A stretch of 63,896 nucleotides of DNA, counting the filler, from Dimargaris cristalligena (taxonomy: Eukaryota), in the NCBI GenBank assembly GCA_003614675.1. It is 13 parts of 13 records of this genome, joined end to end, with 100 filler letters (N's around TTAATTAATTAA, not from the genome) between each part and the next. Parts side by side here need not be neighbours in the genome. Positions count along the whole stretch, not along the records: positions 49,915 to 54,780 come from ML003718.1; positions 54,881 to 59,740 come from ML003719.1; positions 59,841 to 63,896 come from ML003822.1; 10 more parts are not named here. One strand, 5' to 3'. Positions 51,628-63,896 of the stretch are shown here, one piece after another (positions within the stretch are counted from its first letter, which is position 1; each line of letters begins with the position of its first letter). The notes beneath the pieces were generated by a model. The model searched no databases, had not been told where the DNA came from, and saw nothing but the letters and a program-made list of their open reading frames with translations. The position numbers and the translations under genes are program-made.

Positions 51628-54600
51628 GGGGGTATTGGGGAAGAAAAAGAGGGCGAAGTCACGATGTAAACAAGGGAGCCACAATCGGCGGTTGGCTCCA
51701 AGTGTTTGCCAAAATGGGCGCTAAAGTAATGAGGAGATATATGGAAAGAGGGATAAGGGACGAATGAGGGTAGAAACAACGTTAGTCCAACGAACCCGTT
51801 GTAGCAGAGATGAGGGATGATAATAGAGGAGTTCGATTTGGATAGTCGGAAAAGGCAAGGGGTAGGAAACGGGACATAGGGGGGGTAGTAAAAGGACAAT
51901 GTTTAAAAGCCAGCAGACTCTTAAGGGATGGAACGAGCAAAATAAAAATGCAAATAGCAAGGCGTTATCATAGAGACAGGCCAACCGAAAGAGGGAGGAG
52001 TTAACTATGCGCCGCCCTAATCGACGAGCAGTGGCATATTCATCCGGAGCCAAGTACCCTTGATGACGAGAGGCCCTCACGTGAAAATCAGGCTGAATAA
52101 TAAAGGCAGAGGTGTACTAATAATCCACAATCCGCATATGAAAATAGGACGCGGAGAAAGTAAAACAGGGGGGAGAGCGAGAGAGTAGAGGAGAGGACAT
52201 GTATGACAAAGAATGACTGGCCAGCGCATCTGATAGACCTCTTCCTGCTTTACATTTTGGCGACCAGTCACATCCAAGCGGGCTGAGCCAATAGCCCAAG
52301 ACAAGGTAGGGTCGCCTTAGCGGATAGCGTAAAATAAAGTCGATCAATCCCTGGCTAAAGCGCCTGTTTTAAACTCGTCTAGGGTAATAAGCATTCAGTT
52401 GTACTATTCTAGTCTACTCCGCTGATGCTCGTTTGGGGTCAGCTTACAGGATTAAATCATAGCAGCCCGCATTGGAATACCCCTTGCTAGCATTATTAAC
52501 CACCCGACAACCCTGCCAGTCCAATGGCGGAGGGATTGGGTAAACTGTAACCAAAAGGCATAGGAAAGGCCACGGCAGGTAGGGGGTTCCCTGTCACTCC
52601 CAAAAGAAAGGAAAAACAGTAGGAGAGGAGAGGCGAGAAAAGGAAGAGGAAGGGGACTTACTGTTTTGAAACCAGGGCGAGTCAAAGGGCGGGCGTTAGG
52701 TCTAGGTCGGATGGAGATGGACTGGGTCAGTCGCTACGGCGCTCTGGTTGGTTAAAGCGATGTTCAAACCAGTAAAGAGGGGACGAGTTTAGTTAGATAT
52801 CTTCACAACATACGAAAACGTGAATAAGGAGAGGGTAGGGCCAGATGGCTTAGTTAAACTGGTCTCGATGAGGGAAGGTAGGTGGAGTACTAGAAGAAAG
52901 CCAATGAAGGAGGGGGGAACTCGCTGCTCATTCACAACCCAAAAAAGGTAACGTCGGGGGAGCTGAAGGCGCGTTGAAGTATTTAAGTGTATATGACGGA
53001 TATGCGAAAGGCAGGGGCAACAAGTATGTACCCAGTAAGAAAAATATAACACACAGTATTTAAAGACCAAGGGATAGGAAAATATAAGGAGAGATATATC
53101 TCTTTCTCGGAAAATAGGAAACAATTATTATTTATGGGGATCTGGGCCAAATGTAATAAATTGAGAATGGCAGTCTGATAGAAGAAGTAGGACGGGAGAA
53201 GTTAGGGTGAAACAGTCGCCCTTTAAATGGCCCCCTGTCTCCAATTATGAATAGGGCAAGTTTGGAGAGAATTTCTGGACCATCGACACCATGGAACACC
53301 CCTGTCTACTATCTAGAATACTGGTAGGAAATGTGGAACTGAATGGCGGAGAAAAGGGAATAGGCAACAACAGGAGCGGAGGGTACATGCCAAATTCCGG
53401 GCCAGTAGAGGCATGAGATAGTGTGGGGCACACTACACTACACTATATTGACTGAGAAATTGGCTGGCTATTCGCAAGACCCCCGGGATACAGACCATAA
53501 AAATATGTATGGGTGGATAGGCCAATGGAAGATGACTTACCACTGAAATTATATGCCTAGTAAAACTAGCGGAGTGGTTGGGTGAGTTGAGTGGCCAAGA
53601 ATGAATATCAACAGAGTTACTACATAAACAGAACGGAGGAGAACAAACCAAGATAAAAGGGCGAGAAAGCCGGCTGGAGCGGTTATATACTCTAGCCATG
53701 GGGGTTGCTTATATGCGGTGCTATATGCCAATGATAGGAGTATGTATGGTTTGTCTATATGCGCTGGACCCCTATACAACTCTACAGGCATTCACACAAC
53801 CGCCCCGGAACGGCCTTTGCGATTCCAGTACGAGCCACCTGATGGTCTGGTTGGGTAGCTATAGCCATCAGAGTGCGCTCTACATAGTAAGCCACCAATA
53901 GAGCACTACTCCTGCAAATCCACCCTCCACGGGCAATTTTGATAGAGAGGAGGCCCCTCGCCTAAGCAGTTGACCGGCTCAGATATACAAAGACCTTTGG
54001 ATACGCGTGACCTGCGCGAGTCTCTTACAGCCCCGCTTGTTTTCACGAGCCAGCTATTTTTTTTGTGCGGTATGCGACGCCAAATAAAGCAGCGACTCAT
54101 CCAGTCTATTTATTATAGGCCCCTTGTTTCCTATCCCAGGGCCCAGAGTATTGAGTGACAATGTCACATGTCGGCCATTATAACCAGTCAATTAGTGGAG
54201 AGTGATCCATGCCAACTACTCTATGCCCCATATATTATACATGCAAAGCCCCCCCCCGCATCCCTGAACCGCGCCTTTCCAATGAAACCCGCTATATACT
54301 ATGGATCCCCGTAACATCTGTCCAGGTATTACATCCAATTAATTGGTGGGATTTGGCGGTTGTTTTATTGAAAGTGGCATGAGTTTAGCCCGTCAAATAA
54401 AAATACTCGTCCCCCAATGACAGGTGAATATCCGATTTATTCTAACAAATAACTGCCCCTCCTCCAGTATATCTACTTGCTACCCCCTACACCAACACCA
54501 GCAGCAGCCCTGAACCCCCCCCCCCCACCATCTCTGCACTTTCGGACATTGTCTACCAACTTGACAGGCAGGCTTCATATATGATCTCCTAAGTGGCCGA

Positions 54601-54880
54601 GTCATCTTGAGCAATCCATGCCCAACCAATGAATCATGGGAGTGGCCCGCTGAGCAGCCGCCGTTGCATTATCACCCTATTATTTTACCTGGGTTTTGAA
54701 CAAGGCCGCGTGGATGTTAACAAAGGCTGAAGTGGGGGGGGGGGGGGGTTCTTCGACCCTGCCATCTATATACTCATTGGNNNNNNNNNNNNNNNNNNNN
54801 NNNNNNNNNNNNNNNNNNNNNNNNTTAATTAATTAANNNNNNNNNNNNNNNNNNNNNNNNNNNNNNNNNNNNNNNNNNNN

Positions 54881-56851
54881 AGCCTGTGCGCGGGACGATC
54901 CCGTACCGAAATTGAACCCGCCTACTAGAATGTTACCGGCGTGGGCCCGGGTGGTGAATAAGGGGTCGTAGTTTTCCATGACCACGCGTTTCATGTCATC
55001 CGCAGTCATGTGGTCGTTGTAGGTGTATTTGCCCGGGTAGATGCCGTCGGTGTTGAGGTTGTCCTGGGGACAGAAGACAAGGTCCCCAGTGAAGGTGGCG
55101 GGGAAGCCTGGGACGATGGGGATGGTAGTGGTAGAAGTGGTGGTGACGGGTTCGTTTTCCGCGGCAGTGGGCTCAGCCGTATGATCCTGGATGGAATATA
55201 CTGGTTTGTTGGACGAGGTGGATGGGGCGGTGGTTTCGGGTCCCCGAATATAACCGGCCAGGGCAGAGGCGGCCACCACGGACGGGGACGCCAGATACGC
55301 TAGGGATTGGGGCGACCCCATACGACCCTTGAAGTTCCGGTTGGTGGCCGAAATGCCGACTTCACCGTCCTGGAGTAAACCGGTGCCCAGCCCGATGCAC
55401 GGGCCACACCCGGGAGGCAGTTCCCGGGCGCCGGCCTCAACCAGCGCCTGCCAATCACCCCGGGCGGTCGCCTCCCGCTGAACCTCAGCACTCGCCGCGG
55501 CAATGTAGAATTCGACCTGGGGGTGGACCCGGTGGCCCCGAAGGACAGCAGCGGCCTGGGCCAAATCCGAGACGCGGGAATTGACGCATGATACCAGGTA
55601 GGCCTTTTGAATAGCGATGCGTTGGGCCTCCAGCGTGGGCAGGTCTGTGGCCACCTTCACGGAATTTGGGCCTGAGACGTGGGGAACTAGCGTAGCTAGG
55701 TCGAGGTGCAACGTTTTGGCGTAGCGGGCCCCGGGTTGGGGGGTCAGGGTTCGGGCCTGAAGTTCGGCAGCGGCGGCTTGGTTGACCCGGGGGTGGGTGA
55801 AATCGGGAGTCTGTACTTCAGCGGCACTTAAATTGGGGTTCAGGTACCGGGTCACTTTGGCGACCTGGTCGATGCGCGTTTGCAGCCAGGCGTGGGTGAC
55901 TTCATCGACGGGGAACACTCCAGCCAGGGCTCCCCATTCGGTCGTCATATTGGCGATCGCCAGCCGATCGTCTACGGATAGTTGCTGCACACCCTGCCCG
56001 CTAAACTCAATGGCCGTATTCAGCACTTCGTCGTGGGCGAATAAGCCGCAGAGGGCCACAATCACGTCTTTCCCCACCACGCCCGGGGGCAACGTACCGT
56101 CCAAAATGACTTGGACCACGGGCGGGATTTGCCACCACGTCCGACCGGTGGCCCAAATGGCCGCCGCGTCGGTACGTACAATGGGGGTACCTAAACAGCC
56201 GATCCCACCGTACATGTTCGAATGCGAGTCACTGGCGACGGTAAGGGTTTGGGGGAATGCATAGCCTTCCTCAATCATGATTTGGTGCCCGATGCCCCGA
56301 CCGGCGGGATAAAAATCCACGTGGTGGGTGCGGGCAAACGCCGCGATATCCCGGTACTTTTTTAAATTGGCGGGGGATTTGTTTTGCACGTCGTGGTCTA
56401 AGGCAAACATGGCCTGGCGGGGGTTGTGGAACCGGGTCGCTCCGATACTGGCGAACTTCTGCATAACGGCTCCGGTGTTGTCGTGGGTTAGTACATAGTG
56501 GGGCCGAATGGACACGAAATCGCTTGCGTACACGCGCTGGCCGGGTTCGAGACCGACGGCATGGCGCTGGACGATCTGTTCAATCAGGTTCTGCGGAGCC
56601 GACGTCGGGGCTGGTGAAGCAGGGGCAGAGGCAGCGGTGGGGGCGGCTGAAGCCTGGTGGGATCTATGGGTGAGGTGTAGGCTCCGCCGGTAAGCGGGCA
56701 ATTGGGTGCCGGAGGCCGGAAGGTGGTGGAGGGGAGCCAAAAGTGGTCTGCTGCTACTGCTGGGTCGAGTCTGGCTGAGTAGTCCCGGTGCGGAAGGGCG
56801 AGCCAGGCGAGTCAGGCCCCGCGAAGTGCGCCAAAGGGCATGCGTGGACAT
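54881..56851 (-). CDS. LYS4: Mitochondrial homoaconitase, 3'-truncated
   Basis: Mitochondrial presequence, QNLIEQIVQ, THDN, ASDSHSNMYGG, RTDAAAIWATG, SCVNSR, CGPCIGLG, NRNFKGRMGS and FGTGSSR. Confidence 0.96.
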
Positions 56852-57869
56852 GGCGAGAACAGGTTAGTAGGTGAATCGAGACGAAGTAAACTCTATTGGG
56901 AATACTCCCAAAGGACAAACGAGGTAAACCGGTAAACTAGTGGTAGCGCGAAATAAGGGAATGTAAGACACTCTAAAGGTCGATTAAATACGTTAAATAC
57001 AAACAACGACCTAATAATAACCTGATAGTAAAAAGAAGCTAGAGCAGTTCAACCGAGTAAGCAGTACAGGCTAATAATCGCTCTATATACAGCTTTATCG
57101 TTCTTCAGCTCGCCTTGTTGCCCCCAGATATTATATAGTCTATATACTTTAGTTGTGGTGCTCTCCCCACCTTAAAGACGCCTTTGGTAAGCAGACGCTT
57201 CCTTAGGGATTGGGGGGTTTCACCACCGATTTTGGTTCGTCGAAGTGAGTCACTTTCCTTAATTAGCATTGGCAAATAAAACCCGGTTGATAGGGTAAAG
57301 ATACCGGCAGCTGGTGATAACGAAGGGTAAGCATGCAGCCCAAGTCAAACCACAGCCAATAAGCACGGCTAACCCAAAGTGGTTGGAAATAGTGGTTCAA
57401 TGGATAGCGCAAATGGTACATTGCGGATGAGAAGAGAAGTGGATACCTAAAACCTCGCAAAACTCACTTCAATATGGCCTTACAAACAAAGTTGATAGAG
57501 CTTTATTCCAGTAGAGTCATGGTGAGGATTCAGCTCTCATTGCCTAAAAATCTAACGAGCGGCCTCATTATTTAAATCACCAGTTCATTCGCAACCACCT
57601 CTTTGCTGGCATCACTTCAATTATATAACACCCATATCTATTCATCCCGAATCTTCTTCCCGAATTTTCATTTTGATCTATGCCTCTCCTTTTACTCAAA
57701 TTAAATAGTAGCTGACAGCAAATAAGTAGTGCCATGATTGCTTGTTGGGGGTTGATGTTATACTCCGCTCATTGCTTTTCCATCAATCCCATGTTTAGCC
57801 TGCTTTCATCTTTTTAACGTCTATTGGGACAAATCCCACTTATACCATTATCTATTCTAACCCCCCCGT

Positions 57870-58213
57870 ATTGTTTTCGTTAGCATTATCAAAGGACTTT
57901 GGTGATTAAATTCCCTTGCACCTATAATTATCCCCAGCGTCTATCAACGGTACCAGTGCCATCTGAGACCACCCAGTCTGCGCCCTCGAGTATCCGCAAA
58001 CTTATCATGTTGGGACCTTCCATTTCGGCATTGAAGCAACAAGAGGAGGACGCCGAGGTCGTTTCGCAGATCCCTAAGACTAGCATGTCGAAGGTGGAGT
58101 TGCTCAGCACTACAACTCCATATTCTTTGCCGGTGACTATCATCTTTGTCGAAGGCGAAGGTTCAATTCGGACCTTAAATCGAGGTTTTAAGTTGGGTGC
58201 ACTTACAGTTTAA
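57870..58213 (+). repeat. Dispersed short-ORF repeat family 1, second copy (CpG intact)
   Basis: DNA and protein similarity to 914..1180. Confidence 0.6.
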
Positions 58214-58808
58214 GGCCTAAGCATCTAACCTGACTTGCTATAACACTTAACCTAGAGGAGTTTTCAGGGTGAGCACAGGGATGCTGTAGACGGCGGGCCA
58301 AAACCGGTTGATGGCTGAAGGACCAATCGAATGAAATGGAACAATTTTTGACAACTTGGCGAAGATTAATCATGCTAATCAAACTTAGACCATAGAAAAA
58401 TTAAGCCCGTATAGGATTGTGGCAGTGAAATTTTAGGTGTGAGCCAATGAGGGAGAGAGTATGTGCAGCGATTGGGGTATTGGGCATGTGCGCTTGTTAG
58501 GTAGCGGTATGGTAGGTCAGAAAGAGACCAGGCTATATTGCATTAGGTGACCCAAACCAGCACCATTTTTTTAAAAAAGAAACCATGCTGGGTCCAGCTT
58601 ATTTAGGGAAGCGCAAGCATTTCCTCAATATCGCCCATTTAACTATATTAGTCATCTCAGTTGCCTTTATTAAACGTTCCTAGTTGTTAAAAAGCAACTT
58701 AATTATAAATCAAAATGGAATTGCTAATGTGAATACTGACATTATTAAATGGCAAGTTTTAGACTAACGTGGTCTTGAATTCAAAAATCTTAGGGGCACG
58801 TTGGGTGG

Positions 58809-59432
58809 TTACGAACTAGTTTCAGCGGTTCCTTGATTCCCCGACTCACCTGCCCCACTTCCAGGACAGCTTCCTCCACAAGTAAATATACACGCCAGCA
58901 TTTGAGTGGGGGCAGCCAAGAAAATGTTGTAAAATGAAAACGGGATGATACAACTTATACAAAGACAACAGTGCGTACACTCCCCATTATCACCATCTTC
59001 TCCCCGCGCCCATTCCTCAACATCGAGACACGGAAGTGGGCATCCACCATCCGAACGACGGTGTAACTTTGGCAAAACGGATGTATCCTGGTTAGCAGCG
59101 ACGGCGCTAGCCCCAACCGTCATCATCGATGAGGCCAACGGGTTTCTTGCCACGTAGTTCGCCAGTTCGACTCGACGGCGGGCGCATTCCGTTTCGTCGG
59201 TACAAGCCTGGTCAGTGTAGCCCATTTCCTGAACGAATTTCTCCAGAATGTCTTGGATTTGGGTCTGGTCAAATTGGCCCAGAATTCCGTTAATTTCCGA
59301 AACAGCTGACTGCAGCCCACGGGTGGCCAAGGGGGAACACTGGAACGAGTCGGTATTCCGAACGATGGGGAGGCTCCCGGCGAGGGTGGACGCGACGGCG
59401 AAGGCCAGGAGGGTAACGGTGAACAACTTCAT
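58809..59432 (-). CDS. Secreted prepro-type protein (207 aa) with Cys-rich hydrophobic C-terminal domain
   Basis: Clear signal peptide MKLFTVTLLAFAVASTLA, a dibasic LHRR site and a C-terminal region with 10 Cys. TATA-like TATATAAATA ~145 bp upstream. Intronless. Confidence 0.8.
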   Translation of the reverse strand: MKLFTVTLLAFAVASTLAGSLPIVRNTDSFQCSPLATRGLQSAVSEINGILGQFDQTQIQDILEKFVQEMGYTDQACTDETECARRRVELANYVARNPLASSMMTVGASAVAANQDTSVLPKLHRRSDGGCPLPCLDVEEWARGEDGDNGECTHCCLCISCIIPFSFYNIFLAAPTQMLACIFTCGGSCPGSGAGESGNQGTAETSS

Positions 59433-59608
59433 GATGGTCGGTGAATGGCAAGAGAGACAGCTGAATAGAGTTCTTATGAAGGGAGAGAGAGTTGATGGGG
59501 GCGTCGATGGGATTCTTAAATCCGGTGGGCTGAGAAGGAATTGATTTAACTATTGAGGAGCCTGGAATCACAGTATTTATATATCGCAGTTGCAAGAAAA
59601 TAGGATAT

Positions 59609-59740
59609 GGGAGAAGTTCATTCAGGCTGTATAATGAAAAATCCATTGGATGCGGCCAATATTACTGGTTAAAAGCTATTCTCACATATTCACCCATACA
59701 CGTATTATGAATAACATTATACAGCTGGTTTGAATTTCAC
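59609..59740 (+). mobile_element. 136-bp MITE (last bases cut by the contig end)
   Basis: Nearly identical to 37245..37380. Confidence 0.85.
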
Positions 59741-62389
59741 NNNNNNNNNNNNNNNNNNNNNNNNNNNNNNNNNNNNNNNNNNNNTTAATTAATTAANNNN
59801 NNNNNNNNNNNNNNNNNNNNNNNNNNNNNNNNNNNNNNNNTAACACCATCCCAATTACCTTTAGGGTCAAACGTGAAAGCCGCGCCTCGGCGACGGTGAG
59901 CCTCTTCCGGATTCTATATGGGACACCATTCAATAAGCCGATAAAACAGGTTATGCCAGGCCCGAGGTAATAAATAAATACATTACTGTGGCTTATTTTA
60001 ATAGCCGGACACTGCCCCAACCCAATTGGGACATATACTAACGGGCAGGGTTGATCATTTCTTCATACTCACCCCAAAATTATCCAGCGCATTTTGTGGT
60101 AGATGGAATCCGTCCATTGGTAATATAACCGCCACCTCTAAATAAAATAGGGAAATAGGGTATATCAAGGGTGTATAGAGTACTTTTGAGTATTGTATAA
60201 ATAATGTCTGGTTGAAATGCGACTCGATGGGTTGCCCGATATAGCTTAAAAGTAAGTCTTGCAGAGGGGTCGGCGGTATAATGGAAGGCCGTATAATACT
60301 GTTTAAGCATATCCACCAGAGATTTTACGGGGTATTGTTCTACCTTGGCCCAGTGCGGCATTGACACCTTGGACGAGTTGGGTGCAAATCGTTGACTTTC
60401 CGGAGCCCGGTAGACCTGAGTGGGTCGGTTAGCAGGGGACACGTTCAGTTCTGGCGATTAAATATACAAAGTACCACGCACTGAATGCGAGAAACTGGGG
60501 CCGTTGTAGCCGACGCCAGGGGCATCCAAACAAGTCTTTTCTTTTAGATTCCCTGTAATCCGCCTATAGAACCCCAAGGGGTAGAGAGGGCCCTTAAGCT
60601 AACTTACCCGCAAGACCAACCAGGTATCGCCGATTTCGCGCCAGGCTTAGCATGGTAAATAATGGGAATGAATAGTTGAATACTGGATAGCAGTTAGTAT
60701 CCCTTGCCGAAGGGGTGGTGGATAACCGTGGACGACGCCTGAAACCATTTGTGACTCTTAAGGTATCGACCCTCCACCTGCACTGGTATAGGTACAAAAT
60801 TGGTGTCGCTCTACCCATTCAGTACAGTGGATTACGCTGGCTAACCTACCCGGAATAACGGTCAACCAAATGACTCACTAACATGTCCAAATTGGCTGTC
60901 ATTGGGGTGGAAGGGAACTCTTGTTACGTGGTACGAATGGCCGAGTTAGAAGTCAAATGGAACAGTGGTTAAACAATGGAAGAGTCGAATGCGAACTAAA
61001 GAGATGCGGAATGAGAAGCAGGCCCTAGGGAACTAACTGGCTTCGGTGAGAATATCCGCCTAGGCTGTACGTGGTACCACTCCCGCTACTAGCTCCTATT
61101 TGCCACAGTGGATAGGGATCGCTCCGGCTCTCTGCCACAAAGAAGTGGGTACCCAAGCATAGTGGAAAGAGTCAAAGATTCTGGATAAAACTTGGGTAAA
61201 TCTATAGCGGGTTATCGGGATGCTGAAAATTATAGCTCGATAAGATTGTTTACAAAGGGGGAGGGGCTCCAGGAACGCGCATTTGCGGCGGCAGCACTCC
61301 TGGTTATACTTTAATAGACCCCTTCCCTTTTACTAAACCCATAGCGGAGCCGTTTATCTACTGCGATCAGTAGCGAAACAAATCTAATTTCTTCGATTGA
61401 CGTATAATGGATTTTTCTTAGGTAAGTGAGCACAAATATATATATATATATATATTTAGGGGAAATGGGATGACGGCGCATTCCCGGCTGTTTTTAGCGT
61501 AAGAATTGGCCCCGAATTATCTGGTGGCCCCACTAAATCCGGAATTTGATCACCCATAAAACCTCTCATCGCAACTGGATCTATGACGCCTTCCTCCGAT
61601 AGGTACGTGTCTAGAGTAAACGGTAATTGCGGTAGTAGCGTGTGTCCGACAACTTTGATTATTTGTTTATTAAATGCCATCGTTCAGAGCGACTTCGCTG
61701 TTATTAGGTTTCCCAATGCTGCTCGACGTAGCCAGGCACCGTTGGGACAAATTGTTAGTGTAGAGTTAATGGCTTAGAGTAGACATCGGGGTTGGAATAT
61801 AGTAAATCCGCTGACTATCCATCTATATATAGAGAGAGGTAGGTGTATATGTTCTGTACCCACCAGTGAGGAGTGATTCACCTATCTGTTCTGGAGCCGC
61901 CCGAGGCCACAAGGCCCTTCGGATCGCCCAGGAGAATCGGTCTTGTATTTGGAGAATAGGGCTGCGACGACTGCGGAAATAAGCCTTTTCTACGGCTTCT
62001 GAATTTACACCAGATCGATACGACGAGACGGATCGAGGCCAACCGTATCCGATGGCCCTCTTCTCCCCAACCACCCTCGTTCCAGCCGTGACGTATGCCC
62101 CTGGTAACTTTTACTTGAGTCCGAAACTAACCGTTGTGGAACAGCCCTCCCCCCCCTTCGCCTCATGGAAAACAACGCTGCGGCTTGGATATAATCAAAG
62201 CTTCCTCCCACCACACCCCCTCCTCCCTTCTCGCTTGACTAAGACTATTATTACACCTATTCCGTTATTTTCATTCCTCAGTTGCATAGTTTGACGCCAG
62301 CGGTTCGTTTATCGCGGTATACACCAGTTCTCAGTACTTGAACCTACTCGGATATTTGTATAGACTGCTTGCCCCCATTGCCCGTCACC

Positions 62390-63896
62390 ATGCTGGCCAA
62401 CCTGATTGCGCCAGCCCGACATATTAGGCGTCCCCTTGGCCAGTGCCGATTCCTCCATGTCCGGGGTCCCAAGACCGTGGTGCTCGGCTCCGGCTGGGGC
62501 GGTTTCCAGCTCATGCGGGACCTGGACAAGAACCACCACGATGTGACGGTCATTTCACCCCGCAACCATTTCGTGTTCACACCCCTGTTGGCCAGCACGT
62601 CGGTGGGCACGTTGGAGTTCCGGTGTATTCTGGAGCCCGTACGGCGCAAGAACAACGATATCAAGTTTTATGAAGCCACCTGCGACGCCATCGACCCGGT
62701 AACCCAAACGCTCAGCTGTACCAGCAGCATCGAAGGGTCCCCGACGCAGTTCACCGTACCCTACGACAAGCTGATTATCGCGGTGGGCGCCGAGTCCAAC
62801 ACGTTCGGTATCCCCGGGGTCAAGGAACACGCCCTGTTCCTGAAGGAAGTGAAAGATGCCCGCAAGATTCGGCAACGGGTCCTGGACTGTTTCGAACAGG
62901 CCAGTCAGCCCAACGTGACGGAGGAGGAACAGCGCCAGATCTTGCACTTCGCCGTGGTGGGGGGCGGTCCCACCGGAATCGAATTCTCGAGCGAGTTGAG
63001 TGACTTTATCCGCGACGATCTGCGTAAACTCTATCCGCACTTGGTCGACCAGGTCTCCATGACCGTGTACGACGTCGCCCCAACGATCTTGAGCTCCTTT
63101 GACCACCACCTGGCCGACTACGCCGTCAAACGGTTCCAGCGCCGGGGGATTCGGATCCGTACCCGGACGCACATCACCGAAGTCACCGAGCGGGAACTGC
63201 TCGTGGACGGCAAATACCGGGTGCCTTACGGTATGTTGGTATGGTCCACTGGGATCACCGAGACTCCGCTGGTGCGTTCGTTGGGCCACCACCAGGTGGC
63301 TAAAGACCCCCTCTCGAAACGGCTGCTCACCGACAACTACTTTCGGCTGCTAAGTGCCGACGAAAAGACCCCCATCCCCAACGTGTTCTCCATCGGCGAT
63401 TGCGCCACCATCCAGGGCTACAATTTGCCCGCGACCGCCCAAGTGGCCACCCAAAAGGGCAAATACCTCGGGCGGGTGTTCAACCGTGTGCAGCGGTACG
63501 ATAACTGGTCCCTCAACGACGAGAAGCCCTTCACCTATAATCACATGGGTAGTATGGCCTACCTGGGCGGTTGGAACGGTAAGAAATAGGGCGATGGCGA
63601 TGGCCTTTTTAGTAATATTCTTCCGTATCCCCAGAATCGATAATTGGGCAACCATTGCAGTCGCTGAGATTAACCACTGTATTTTGCCTTTTTAAACTCC
63701 CCGTCTATTCCTGTCAATCTCGATACATCATCGGTTAGCGATTGTCGACTTGGGCGACAGTAAAACGAAGACCACCGCAGGAGCTGCCGCTACCAACGGT
63801 ACCGGAGTGGCCACCAAGGCCCCCGGGTTTAAAATTACCGACTACATTAGTGAGGGCCACATGGCCTGGCTCTTCTGGCGCACCTCCTACTTCACC
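62390..63896 (+). CDS. Type II (alternative) mitochondrial NADH dehydrogenase, NDE1/NDI1 family; intron 63579-63738; continues beyond the window
   Basis: VVLGSGWGG, SPRNHFVFTPLL, VVGGGPTGIEF, IGDCA, LPATAQVATQKG and YNHMGSMAYLG. The next exon gives IVDL...GHMAWLFWRTSY. Confidence 0.95.

Noticed and set aside
4921-59840. TTAATTAATTAA repeated every ~5 kb
   Set aside because: It is an assembly linker inside N runs, not biological and not CRISPR-like. ORFs ending in X are artefacts.
60080-60442. 120-aa ORF
   Set aside because: Non-ATG start, no motif and no homolog in the window.
34314-63896. Apparent cluster of Argonaute, IRE1, ABCD, LYS4 and NDH2
   Set aside because: The genes lie on separate concatenated contigs of similar size, so there is no real linkage.

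Overview
Eukaryotic (fungal) genomic DNA. The window is not one locus: it is 13 unrelated pieces of about 4.9 kb joined by artificial 100-nt spacers (N44-TTAATTAATTAA-N44), so gene order across spacers means nothing. GT-AG introns, homoaconitase (alpha-aminoadipate lysine pathway), a QDE-2-type Argonaute and a PTR2 transporter indicate a fungus. An early-diverging lineage (Zoopagomycota/Mucoromycota-like) is my low-confidence inference. Recognisable genes are cullin-3, mitochondrial NDP kinase, mitochondrial release factor 1, tRNA-Pro(AGG), Argonaute (3' part), CWC27 cyclophilin, IRE1, PTR2 (3' part), a peroxisomal ABCD transporter, homoaconitase and a type II NADH dehydrogenase. The accessory DNA is more interesting. 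It holds two LTR families, a decayed Ty3/Gypsy element and a 136-bp MITE family that repeatedly sits upstream of genes. It also holds an intact orphan PD-(D/E)xK nuclease-like gene, a secreted Cys-rich prepro-protein, decayed effector-like genes and dispersed short-ORF families. Repeats and one multicopy-looking secreted gene carry pervasive C-to-T/G-to-A mutation at CpG and also CpA/TpG, which resembles RIP. All calls are by eye; no searches were run.
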